From Chrysomallon squamiferum (taxonomy: Eukaryota; Animalia; Mollusca): a stretch of 64,000 nucleotides of DNA. Numbering within the stretch: position 1 is the first letter of the stretch; every line of letters begins with the position of its first letter. Under the pieces are notes generated by a model. That model saw only the letters and a list, made by a program, of their open reading frames with translations, ran no database searches and was not told the DNA's origin. Positions 14,696 to 25,531 of this stretch are shown piece by piece. Where the stretch lies: assembly GCA_012295275.1 (NCBI GenBank), contig CM022665.1, forward strand, positions 28,706,001 through 28,770,000, in the 5' to 3' direction. The translations under genes were made by a program, and so were the position numbers.

Positions 14696-17600
14696 TTTCC
14701 TGCAAAATGCAAGTGTCAGTTTTTCCCTGTACAAAGCTGCAGTTATTTCCCTTCGACAATAAAAAATATTTCGTGAAATTTAATGAGATGCAGATTAATA
14801 ATAAATTTTTCTAGAACAGAAGATCAATGACTAGACAAATGAAGTAAATAATACTGATTTGTGTAAAATGATTAAACTATGAAGTCAATGATCAACAAAT
14901 GAAGTAAATAATACGGATTTGTGTAAAATGGCTAAACTGTCAAACTGATTATTAACAAATGAAGTAACCATTAATATTATTTAAAAAAGGGGGTAAAAAA
15001 CAGAAAAACTTGAAGCAGAAATACCTGGTTGAATGTCAGGAGAATCTTCTCTAGTAAAAATATCTATTGGTTCATTTCCCGACCCTCTCGCAGAGGAACT
15101 AACATGGCTGAGTCTGAGAATCCTGAGTTTACAACCTTCAGCTGAATTCAAGTACAAATTAAAATACATTGTATATGTATGTGCTCATGTCTTCTTTTTC
15201 TCATAAAATATCTTCGAGTATACCTGTAGTTTACATATATTTTTTATACTACTGTCTAATTTATTTTAATAATTTATGTCTCATTCTTTGCTGATAATGC
15301 AGCATGTGAATAAGATAACTAGTTTTAGTGCAATTTATTTTAATAAATTTAGACTCATCCTTTGCTGATAATAAAGTATGTCAATAATATAGTTCTAGCA
15401 GCACCAATACTTTGTTAAAAAAAGACCCAAATCATTTATGTACATATATGATATCCTACGTGTGGGAAGGATTCACTGCTGTAAAACAAAAATGAATAGT
15501 CCAGCACACTGCAGGATCTGGTCTTCTCTCTCTTGTTTTATATATATATGATTTGTCTGATGTGATATAATCATTGATTAAAACTATTTTGAGTGAATTA
15601 TTAAGTAAAAAAAATCTTCTTTTTTCCAGATTTGAGGAGGTTTGCGTTCACATCTCAAGGGAGATAATTAGCAAGTTACAAATGATGTAAATGATGACAT
15701 TAAATTAAAACTTTGATCTGACAAATTCACGATGACCCTGGATATTTTACATGATTTAGTTATTCGTGTACCAACAAAAAAGAATTAGTCATAACAAAAT
15801 GTAATTCTAAACAGTTAAGAATCAAAAGTCATGATATCTATTTTTACCTTGGTTTCGAATGATTTTTGATTTCTTTTCAATTGTTGAATCATTCAGTTCA
15901 ATGCAAATGCACAGCTTCACCATTTTAGTGTCAAATTTATGGTTTTTATCTGCAAATTCTGGAAAGTAAGAAAAAATCCCAAGAATGAATGAGTACAAAC
16001 TGATATTCTAAATTAATATTAATTTACAAAACAAAAGGCAAAAGAAAAGGGAAAAGAGAAATAGAAATGAAAATGTTAAGATGCTTTATTTACCTTTAAA
16101 AGGTGGAGGCAAATGTGTTTTGCGTGATTCCAGCTGTTTACAAATCTCTGCTGACTTTGCACGTGTAATTTGCAGATATGGAATGCTGTAAGTAAAATTA
16201 ATATTGTTATCAAACATTTGCTGAGTCAGATTAAATGTCGTTGAATGTTTAATGTAACTAGTTTTCAGAAACAAATATGGTAATGGCAATATCAACACTG
16301 CATTTGAAGCCCTTCACAAACCATATCACATGCGCCACACCACTGATGTGACTGTGATGTTTGCATGTGCAGCTGGTCACATTGCTACAGTGACACATAT
16401 TTGCATTGTTATTTACCTTCAAAACTCTGGTACAATGACAAAACATTATGAAATGATATTAAGATGAAACATTTGTTAAGTTTTAATTTCACACAGAACA
16501 TATACCAAGGAAAGCAAAGCTATTTCTGTGACAAATTAACCACTACTTGTTTTAACTTACTGGTGTGAACTATCCCAGTCTGAATTGTATCATGGCATTT
16601 CGCTTCCGAAAATTGTATTAAATTTGACCAATGACATAAATGCATGTTCAAAATTGTGAAATTCCTTTTGTCATTAAAATACATCCCACTGATAAACAAA
16701 CAATTAATTAAACTTATAATACATTTTACTGTCTGACTAAATTTCAAAATAAATAATACAAATTAATTATAAAAAATAAAATTTATAAAATTCAAAGATT
16801 ATTAAACAGGAAAAATAAGAAGCTAATAACCTTACGATTTCTGAAGAAACTCGTTTTTTAAATGTTTCATGGCAGTAAATGCCATTTTTACATTTCTTTC
16901 CAGTAAGACCATTTGGGTGTGGAATGTTATCACCATTTGTATCAATGCAAAATATTTTCATTTCTGATCCTGCTGGTATGTTTGTCAGCTGAAAATGATC
17001 AAAAGTGTAGAAATTTTAATATAAAACACAGGTACAGATTTAGAATCCCTTATCCAAAATGTTTGTAACTGCAGCTGTTTCAATTTTTGGAATATAAGGA
17101 GCTAGAAAACCTGAGATTAGGAACTAAACAAGAAAGCCATTTATGCTTTGTATACATCATATACAGATAGTTTGCAAGTAACTTTTATACATTTGTTTTC
17201 TTATAATTGTTTTGCATGGAAGAAGGTTTGTGCATACTAAATAATCTGAAAATTGTAATATATCACTGTCTTAGTAGCCTAAAAAAAGTTTTGTATTTCA
17301 GAGATTTTCAGCTTTTGGAATTTTGGATACGGTAACAGCAACCTACATTAAGATGGTTTTATGAATATACAGTGGTACCTATAGTTACAAGTGCTCCAAC
17401 TTATGTTTTTCAATTTTTTTCTTTGAGTTGTGAGCCAAAATCTGAGTTACAAGCAAGCTTCAGATATGCCACTGCTAGTTGGCGCAATGAACAACACAAC
17501 ATCCAACCAGCATCCTGCGTCTTACTCATTAGCTTCACATGGATACCTAACCATGGAAGCATCTCTGTTGTTTTGTGCAGTATTTTGCCAAATTTTCATG

Positions 17601-20011
17601 GATCCTAAGAAAGTGAGTGCAAAGGACAGTGCTGAGAAGAAGTGGATGATGTCCATTGAAATAAAGCTTGATTTCATAGAAAAACATGAGAGATATGTGC
17701 GTGTTGTCAACATGGCTAGGCAATACAAGCGTAGTACTTTTACGATATGTACCATACTGAAGCAGAAGGAGTCGATAAAGGATATAACTCCAGCCAAAGG
17801 TTTAAAATAATTTCTAAGCTGCAGACCTCTGTCCATGAAAAGATGGAGAAACCCTAACCCTGTACACTTTACAAAACCAATTTATTTCTTTACATTCTCT
17901 TTTATTTTGTTTTTATACAATATTTGTCATTTATACATATATTTTTCTTATTTAAACTCATTACAAAAAAAATGGGGTGGGATTTGGGGGGCTGGAATGG
18001 ATTAATGGTATTTCAATTAATTTCATTTGGGAAAATTGGTTTTATATACAAGCAAATTGAGTTATGAGCTTGGTCATGGAACGAATTAAACTCGTAAGTC
18101 AAGGTACCACTGTGTATATGTGTATTAGTAACTGTTATTGGTATATTGATATAAATAGATATATTAAGTAATTAATAAAACAAATAAAATAATAAACTTT
18201 TAAATTAAATTAAATTTATTAAAAATATAACAAACATCAAAATAAAATAAAAAACACTTAAACCTTACCATTATTTTTAAAAATGGCATGTCTCGCTGTT
18301 TTCTTGCTGTTCTTTTTTCTCCATCATAGCGAAATCGTTGGTAATGAAGTTGTGATATAATTTCAATATGTTCATCTGGCAAGGAAAATTTGATGACTGA
18401 TTGATATATATATTTATTAAGAAAAATTTCTCTTGATTTATTACAATGAAAATATAGGCAAAAGCATAAAACCATTTGAGAAAGTTTTATTATAATTTAT
18501 GATAATAATAATAAATTTCTTTGGCATCATAGTTGTTATTCATCCTATAATGTGAGATATATACATGGAAAAAAGTTATGCATCAACTAAGATAATGAAT
18601 TATAATATGTCACAAGTAATTGCGACTGTATATTGGTGATGATTATCACTGAATTCATGGTGACAAACAAGTGCATTGTGCCTTCTATGCTTTTTCCAAA
18701 AGCCAAAATGTTCTCATCCTAGATATGATTATTTAACTCCACTTTCCTATAAAGCTCAATCATTCATTGCTAACATGGCACAAAGGGGATATCAGAAGAT
18801 GACAGATAATGGTAATGCATTCAACAGGGATGTCAGTTGACTGGCAAGGAAACACAAGCAAACCAATGCTGTGATGAACCTTTAGCAACACGTTCTGTCT
18901 TAAAGCTTCATTCACTACCAAATTAACATCTGTCCTTCACAATTTTGAGGAGCCACTAGAAATCATCAGATATGTATTCAGAAGAGTCATCGAGTGCCCT
19001 CCAGAGGCTTATCACCAGTGCAGAATATATTTGGCAATATGTTTAGAATTAAACTTTATTAGTCACAGTGAATCCTCTTTACTTTTTTTCAGGTTATACA
19101 TTGTTTGTGTGTGCCACGTGCATGTGTGTTTGTGAGTGTGGTGAGTGAGACAGACATGAGAAAGATATTGATTTAATTTAATATGAAGTAGGTATTAAAA
19201 CTTGTATTATTAGTTACATGGCAGTGATGTCATTTATCTAACTACAAATAATTAATTTAAAATATTATAATTTTTTATATATATAGTATATCTAAAAATA
19301 TAAACTGAAATACAGTGGTACCCTTGGGGTTGAGCAAAAGTATCCCTGTACAGCAGGACAAACATTTACAGACAATTTTATTTACTATCTTTAGTCACAC
19401 TCATCACATCAGTACCCAGATTGCTGAAGCAAGATCATGGCTTTCTCCTAAAATACAGCTGCAAATAATCAAGTTCATTGATGGATGTAAATAAATGTTA
19501 TTTTGCACATCCTAGAACTTATAATATGCATAAGGTGTTTTTAGTTTTTTTTCAAATACTGTGTTCATAAACCCAAATAGAACTCATATTTGTGCCAGCT
19601 GCTCCATCTGTTCAACCTTAATAGTCCACTAAGACATGGTGTTTATAAAACATAAATAAATGCATGGAATGATGTTGAATGTTTTAATTTTCATAATTAT
19701 ATACCAAATGGTTTGAATTCAAATGGTTTGACAGGCTAAACTTGGTGGGCTCTTCTGATTCAACGAAAATAAAACTCCCTGTATGCACTGTGCAGTGCAG
19801 GAAATGGACGATGCCACCTTTAAAAATATCATATAAAGCTGCCATACAATAAAATTATTTATTTTAGTAAAATCAAATCCCAATCAATATGACTGTCCAT
19901 TTTAGCAGTAAAATAATAATTTTAAAAATGCTGTCTGCATCTGCTGATCTAAGGGACACATCTACTGAAAAACAGTTGGGGCTCAGAAAAGTGTATGTAC
20001 ATCATAGGTGG

Positions 20012-20048
<37 letters not shown>

Positions 20049-20629
20049 TACACAAAGTAATTTTATCTTGGGGGTCTCCATAAAAAAGGTACCACTGTAT
20101 ATAATTTGCTTTAGAACAAGAAATATAAATAACATTTTTACCTTTCTTAGTTGAATTTTCTTGATCATGATGCATATTTATGTCATTTGTTTGTCTGGAT
20201 GGATGCTGTAACATAGAAGAAGTTAACAGTCAAACACACCTAAGTCAAAACATTAGCTAAAAAATGCCAACGAAGGCCTTGTTATATATTTATTTATTAA
20301 ATGTGGGGAAAATCAACAATGGATGTTTTATTAATATTTATTATTTTTTTGTTAAGCTGATGACATGAGAAAGTAAACCCATTCTGACAAGACAAACTAG
20401 TTGTGAGTTAGCGGAAAATATTTATATATATACATTCTCAACAACAGTGTCAGGGCCTTTGATAAACCAGTTTCAAAACACAGGCTGGAAAGGATCCTGC
20501 AATATCTGAGAAATAAATGCATTTAGAGTTTTTGTCAAACAACTGTAAAAAACAAAATTGTTTTTATTCATTTTTACTCACATGAGCAATTTCTTTTGTA
20601 ACTTCCTTGAAAATACTGGATTTTGCCAT
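11386..20629 (-). CDS. Divergent Rel/NF-kB-family transcription factor (Rel homology domain + IPT + NLS + Ser/Thr-rich acidic tail), ~490 aa, 12 coding exons
   Basis: Phase-consistent GT-AG exons: 20629-20582 (MAKSSIFKEVTKEIAH, ATG in AAAATGG), 20205-20142, 18375-18269 (DEHIEIISQLHYQRFRYDGEK..MPFLKIM), 16988-16831 (..PHPNGLTGKKCKNG..), 16185-16094, 15958-15848 (FDTKMVKLCI..SKIIRNQ), 15141-15025 (LRILRLSHVSSSARG), 14459-14362 (DYEVYLEE..W), 14064-13932 (LILFRVPKY..FCYKAD), 13499-13407 (KKKRK NLS), 12634-12566, 11768-11386; total 1473 nt. Motifs align in order with RelA RFRY, PHPHELVGKDC, YDLNAVRLCF, LKICRVNRNSGSC, IVFRTPPY, FQYLPD, KRKR. Boundaries of the last three exons are less certain. Confidence 0.88.
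14821..14968. repeat. 60-bp tandem repeat, ~2.5 copies
   Basis: ACAAATGAAGTAAATAATACKGATTTGTGTAAAATG recurs at 60-nt spacing; third copy partial. Confidence 0.85.
15440..15620 (+). mobile_element. Old SINE 3' remnant (related minus-strand fragment ~12872-12945)
   Basis: TATCCTACGTGTGGGA..TCTCTC..TGTCTGATGTGATATAA..GAGTGAATTATTAAGTAAAA resembles a gastropod SINE tail as I recall it; unverified. Confidence 0.35.
17035..17345. mobile_element. Tigger4/Zombi (MER46)-like non-autonomous pogo-family element
   Basis: Degenerate TIRs TA|CAGATTTAGAATCCCTTATCCAAAAT ... ATTTTGGATACGGTAACAGCAACCTA; the interior resembles the Tigger4a consensus as I recall it. Confidence 0.6.
17370..18112 (+). mobile_element. 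Tigger/pogo-family deletion derivative with N-terminal transposase (HTH-psq) remnant
   Basis: TIRs TA|CAGTGGTACCTATAGTTAC ... GTAAGTCAAGGTACCACTG; encodes MDPKKVSAKDSAEKKWMMSIEIKLDFIEKHERYVRVVNMARQYKRSTFTICTILKQKE (17598-17810), TIGD1-like, then a frameshift and truncation. Confidence 0.88.
19313..20097. mobile_element. Putative Tigger-type MITE
   Basis: TA|CAGTGGTACC ... GGTACCACTG|TA; short TIR, TA target duplication, same terminus as the 17370 element. Confidence 0.5.
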
Positions 20630-22668
20630 TTTCCTAGAAAACAAACAGATTAACATACCAGATATGTTTATGTTTTGATAATGGTAACATTGAAAAATTG
20701 AATCAACAGTAATAGAGGAGTGTCTGTGGTAGTGTCTCTATAAACACACACACACACACACACAGAAGTCACAAAATGTGGTTTGGGATGAAATCTTAAA
20801 TATTCAACACCCATTTCTGTAACCTTTATATATATATATATATATATGAAATAAATGTATGGTGCAGTTATAAGATAAAGTGGCTTTGTAACAAGAAAGT
20901 ATTCATTTCGTAAAATAAAATTATAATTATTTGTTATCACCTAGATTTGAAGTTCAAGATAAGATAAAACAAAGCAAAATTTCAGTTATATATCTTTATT
21001 TTCTTTTTATCCTTTTGTGTAGATACAGATATACATTTTTAAATTATTTGGATCAAATTATTAATTTTTTTTTTCAGCCTATTTTTTTAATCAATGAGAT
21101 GTTCAATATGAATTCACCAATCTGCAAATATCCTGAAAGACTAAAAGCACTTGGCTGAACTTTTGTGTATAAAAATAGAATCTGCATAAGAAAGACAGAA
21201 ATCTAAGCTTTTGACTGGCCAAAATTTCAAAGTAATGAATTTAGTCATTGCTTAGCACAAGCATTTTTCAAGTAAATTCCTTTTATAGACACTTGGACAT
21301 TTTTTATTTTTGCTCTTCTTTTTTTTTTAAATTCTTTTTCTTTTAATGCTATGGTTCATAGCTCCACATCCCCAAGGTTTAGGGTGTGTGAAAAAGCAAG
21401 CAATGTATTGTATGGATTTGAAACTGATGGGTTTTTTAACAGTACTATGCAGTCTGTAACGTAAATTTCAAAGGTTTTTAAGTTATTGATTCTGTTCTTT
21501 TTCTTTTCTTTTAAAAAAGAGAATCCAAAAGTTGCTGTTTTCTTCTTTTCTACAATGAATAGTCTTCTAACCAGGCCATTTTATCTTTTAATTGCACTGA
21601 ACAAGTAACAGAAGCACAATACATTTACTTCATGTTGGGCACCATCTTTACTTCGCTTATGTTGTTACGAATCCATTGTGTGATTGTGCCTCCATCTTGG
21701 TTCACAACTCATCAGTTATTTTGGCACAGAACTTGTCGGCAAAATGTTTGTTACAGACTAAGACGAGGAGTCATTCTACCCCAAATCCGTAAAGGATTTG
21801 AGTAGTTTATTTATTTCTGAAACTCGAAAAAGCGGGGGGAGGGGAATAATAATTATAATAATTTTAAAAAATAATAATAATCTACGGTCACGTTACTTCA
21901 TATTTTTGTAGCTATTGATCTAAAAATAGCTTCATTTATGATCGTTTATTGAGAACTATTTAAACAGTACGTTTTTATTTTATTTTATTTCTGTGGTTGT
22001 GGACATGCCCTGGAAATAAATATTAATTAGTTTCAGTGTGAAAAAATTAACCATGATGCCTATGAAACCTGGTTCAAAATATACTACAGCCTACATACAA
22101 AATAAATAATACTGTATCAATGCTAACGCATTTCAAAAAATTATTTCAAGAGATTTCTTTATCAAATTTGCATTATCTATTTAATAAAGTGTTATTTTTA
22201 TGAAGACCTTAATGGAGGAAGACGTACTGAGTTAAATATTATATTTTAGGTCTGTTTCAATTGGTGGATAAACATGAGATCATTCCTCAGTAAAAGAATT
22301 TTGTTTACTACTACAGACGACCATATAGAGTTGTCGTTCCTGAGGGGTTATTTTTCACGAATCGATTCACATCAAATGGCTATTAAACAATAAATACAGG
22401 GGTTATTTGTAAAATACAAAGCAGAATGTAAAAGAAAATAGGTCTAAATGTTGCATTTAATAATCTTTTCAGCGTAGTCGACCGTTTTCGTTTTTTACGA
22501 ATTTTTTTTTTCTATCATTCAGCTGTCATTTTTACCTATTTCCCTGTTTCGCTTTATTTTCCGATTTTCAGTTACATCCTTTTACGAAATGACCCTAACA
22601 AAATATACTGATATTTGATATCATTCTGCTTTAAGACGTACAGTAAATTAGCATAAAATGTTGAGGTT

Positions 22669-22700
<32 letters not shown>

Positions 22701-23244
22701 TTTAATGCGAGCGCCCCTAGCGGCCGTTAGCATTACTGAATATAGGTCGCCCAGTATAAAGTTTCTTATTCGGTGTCCTCTTTGGTTTGAAATTTGCTTC
22801 ATAAAGTCCACTCCTACATTCAAACAGTTTCTCAAAAACATCTTGTCAATATTTGTTCTTAAATCTTAGCCAGGTGAAATTCAACTTCTACTCCATTTAC
22901 ATTAACATCACCATACTTTGTATGCAACTTTTGTAAGTACTATTACAGTATAATTCATTATCCATTCTGTTTTTGTCCCTTCTAAATTTCATCAACTAGA
23001 TGGGTTTTTTCTCTGTTTAACTTGACATAAACTTTGTGTTTGTAATACAAATAGAAGGGGAGTTATGAATTTTCAAACATTTAATTTCTAACCACGTGAA
23101 TGGTCTAGAACAAATAAATGATTTTTTTTTTTTTTTTTTTTTTTATCAACATTGGCATCACATATCAAGGTAGATGTACTTTGCATAGATACGAAATAAA
23201 ATTAGAATACATATTTGCAATACATACTATGACATATTATAAAA

Positions 23245-23574
23245 TTAAAATAATAATAATAATAAAATAAATTAAAAATATTTGAAAATAATAAAAAAGA
23301 GGAATTTTTTTTTTTTTTTTCACTGAAATCAAAATCAAAATATCTACAATTAGCGTAAGGAGTCAACCTTGTATTTCCTAAAAAGAATTTAAAAAATACA
23401 TTTTTTTGTGGAATTCCCGATTATCAGAAATACCCGTTTATAATAGACTTATTTTTTAAATTTCTTTTTAGGAAATACAAGATTGACTCCTTACGCTAAT
23501 TGTAGATATTTTTATTTTGGATTCAGTGAAAAAAAAAATCCTTTTTTATTTTATTTTTAAATATTTTTAATTTA

Positions 23575-23600
<26 letters not shown>
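23245..23600. repeat. Long inverted repeat (~150-bp arms, ~50-bp spacer)
   Basis: ..CACTGAAATCAAAATCAAAATATCTACAATTAGCGTAAGGAGTCAACCTTGTATTTCCTAAAAAGAATTTAAAAAATA is mirrored by TATTTTTTAAATTTCTTTTTAGGAAATACAAGATTGACTCCTTACGCTAATTGTAGATATTTT..TTCAGTG; complementarity continues into the AT-rich flanks. Confidence 0.9.
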
Positions 23601-23620
<20 letters not shown>

Positions 23621-23709
23621 AAATAATACCATTAACAATATGGCCGCAAACTGGGAATCCCATCTAAAAATAGATACTTTTGTGGAATTCCCGATTAGCA
23701 GAAATACCC
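23409..23709. promoter_or_regulatory. Cluster of kappaB-like sites
   Basis: TGGAATTCCC (=GGGAATTCCA) at 23409-23418 and 23683-23692; TGGGAATCCC at 23652-23661; weaker AGAAATACCC (=GGGTATTTCT) at 23426-23435 and 23700-23709. Compared with consensus GGGRNWYYCC. Confidence 0.5.
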
Positions 23710-23802
23710 GTTTGTATTTTCATTTTATTTTTTCTTCGTTTTCTTTATTTTTAATTGAAACAAACTACATAAAATCATGTTGTTTAACAGCTATAACCTC
23801 AC

Positions 23803-23938
23803 CCTGTTCATGATATATCTGGTGAGAAAAAGAAAAAGAAACTATGATGGATAAAACAGTAATCGTCGCGTATAAATGTCGATAGTAACAATATTGTTAT
23901 TGTGGCGTAAACTATTAATAAATAAAAAGCAAACTCGC

Positions 23939-23982
<44 letters not shown>

Positions 23983-24250
23983 TCTTGGCATAATTATTAT
24001 AATCATTAAATTTAAATTAACGTACTTAATCGTTTAAAACCAGTTACATTTGATTGAAAAAACATAGATCACAGTTTACAGTAGTACTACAAAGTTATTT
24101 TAAATCGATAAAATAACTTACAAATATTAATAATTATAATAAATATGGCATCTACAGAACCTACCGTCAGCATGGACTAAAACTGTGACTGTATGAAAAA
24201 CAATAAACGTTCCAATCACAGAAAGTTCCTAAGTAGCGCTCAATCTGCCA
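23803..24250 (-). other. Putative 5'-UTR exons of the Rel-like gene (~24250-24165 and 23818-23803)
   Basis: Donor ACG|GTAGGT at 24165/24164; 16-nt micro-exon with acceptor TTTTCTCACCAG and donor AGG|GTGAGG; sits next to an NRF1-like motif. The linkage to the Rel-like gene is inferred, not proven. Confidence 0.4.
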
Positions 24251-24286
24251 AAAAGCTGGCGAGCTCTGATTTTTATATGTACCCGT

Positions 24287-24297
24287 ACGCATGCGCA
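24287..24297. promoter_or_regulatory. NRF1-like element in the probable Rel-like gene promoter
   Basis: ACGCATGCGCA versus NRF1 consensus GCGCATGCGC, in a locally CpG-richer patch just upstream of the putative first exon. Confidence 0.4.
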
Positions 24298-24519
24298 AAA
24301 TGCATCGTACCAAATCTTCGTTGCATCACCCGAGATTATTCTGAGGTAACGAAAAATAAAACAAACTTGATTGCAGGTGAATGAAATTTTCTGATAAAGA
24401 CTAAAGGGTGATTATTCGTTAATTAGATTAAAAAGATGGAAAGGTGTTGTTTTTTTTTTTTTTTTTTTTTTAAATATGCATCTTCTACGAAGTCCCAGTG
24501 TAACGCTCTCTCACCATTG

Positions 24520-24521
<2 letters not shown>

Positions 24522-24571
<50 letters not shown>

Positions 24572-24644
24572 TATTATTATTATTATTATTATTATTATTT
24601 TTTTATTAACATTATTAACATTAACATTATTATTATTATATAAA

Positions 24645-24686
<42 letters not shown>
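24522..24686. repeat. (AAT)n switching to (ATT)n: self-complementary compound microsatellite
   Basis: Direct reading; strand switch at ~24570. Confidence 0.9.
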
Positions 24687-24688
<2 letters not shown>

Positions 24689-25531
24689 CTTAAATTTTGA
24701 CTGTAATTAGGATCAGTTATGTTTTCTGATTGATGATAATTTCAGAGAAGACACCACTGAAATCATTCCGTGGATTTCTCGCAGCAGGAAGAATTTCTTT
24801 CTCTCCACATATCTTTCCAGAAGCAATATTTATAATATATCGTGCAGCCGCTAGCTGTAATGAGACATATTGTATTATAAAACAGATTAGTCCTATTGCC
24901 TTTCATACTTCGGTTCCTCAGTTTTTCATTAATGTGTATCATTCTTTATTTTCTATTAGAATATTAACTTATTAAATATGACAACACTATTCAAAATCAA
25001 TTTTTATTTTTATTTATTTACTTTCAGTTACTTTATTACTAGCAGTGTAACAATAACAAATTCACTCTGTAGAATTTAATAATCTGTTTCAAAATAGACT
25101 AAGATGAAAAATAAATAAATTTATAAAATATGACTAACAACTGATAATGAATAAATTAATAAAACAATAATAATTGCTGTTAGATGTAACACACACATAA
25201 TGACAGGATATTTGTCTTCTACCCATTTAGTAATGGCCTTTGATAAACAATGATAAGGTATTGGGTAAAATGGAAAATAGTGTACGGAATGAGATGATTT
25301 TGTAAATGAGTTTAAGTTTGCTCTGTAAAATGTGACCAAAAACAAAATCCGAATAATCACTAAAGAGTCTAAAATTTCAATATTTGTTTAGGTTCTTTTT
25401 AATATTTAACACACACAAAAATATAACACGGAGTAAAATATAATTATAAACTACAAATGTGATGTGTATAACATAAAAAAAAGAGAACATTAAAAGCATT
25501 AGGTTAGAAGACGAAAAACCGAAGGAACAGC

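Noticed and set aside
14821-14968. Regularly spaced repeats suggestive of a CRISPR array or snoRNA cluster
   Set aside because: The whole 60-bp unit repeats with no unique spacers; eukaryotic intron, no cas genes, no canonical C/D boxes.
17430-17810. 126-aa ORF as a domesticated TIGD gene
   Set aside because: It lies between TIRs, is frameshifted and lacks the DDE domain.
18660-19030. GC-richer intronic stretch
   Set aside because: Stops in the frames examined; probably an old retroelement fragment that I cannot assign.
21627-21817. Exon-like segment in the Rel-like 5' region
   Set aside because: Multiple stops; could be a UTR exon but there is no support.
23803-23811. ATG AAC AGG as the Rel-like start codon
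   Set aside because: The next exon is 52 nt, which puts this ATG out of frame; the in-frame ATG is at 20629.
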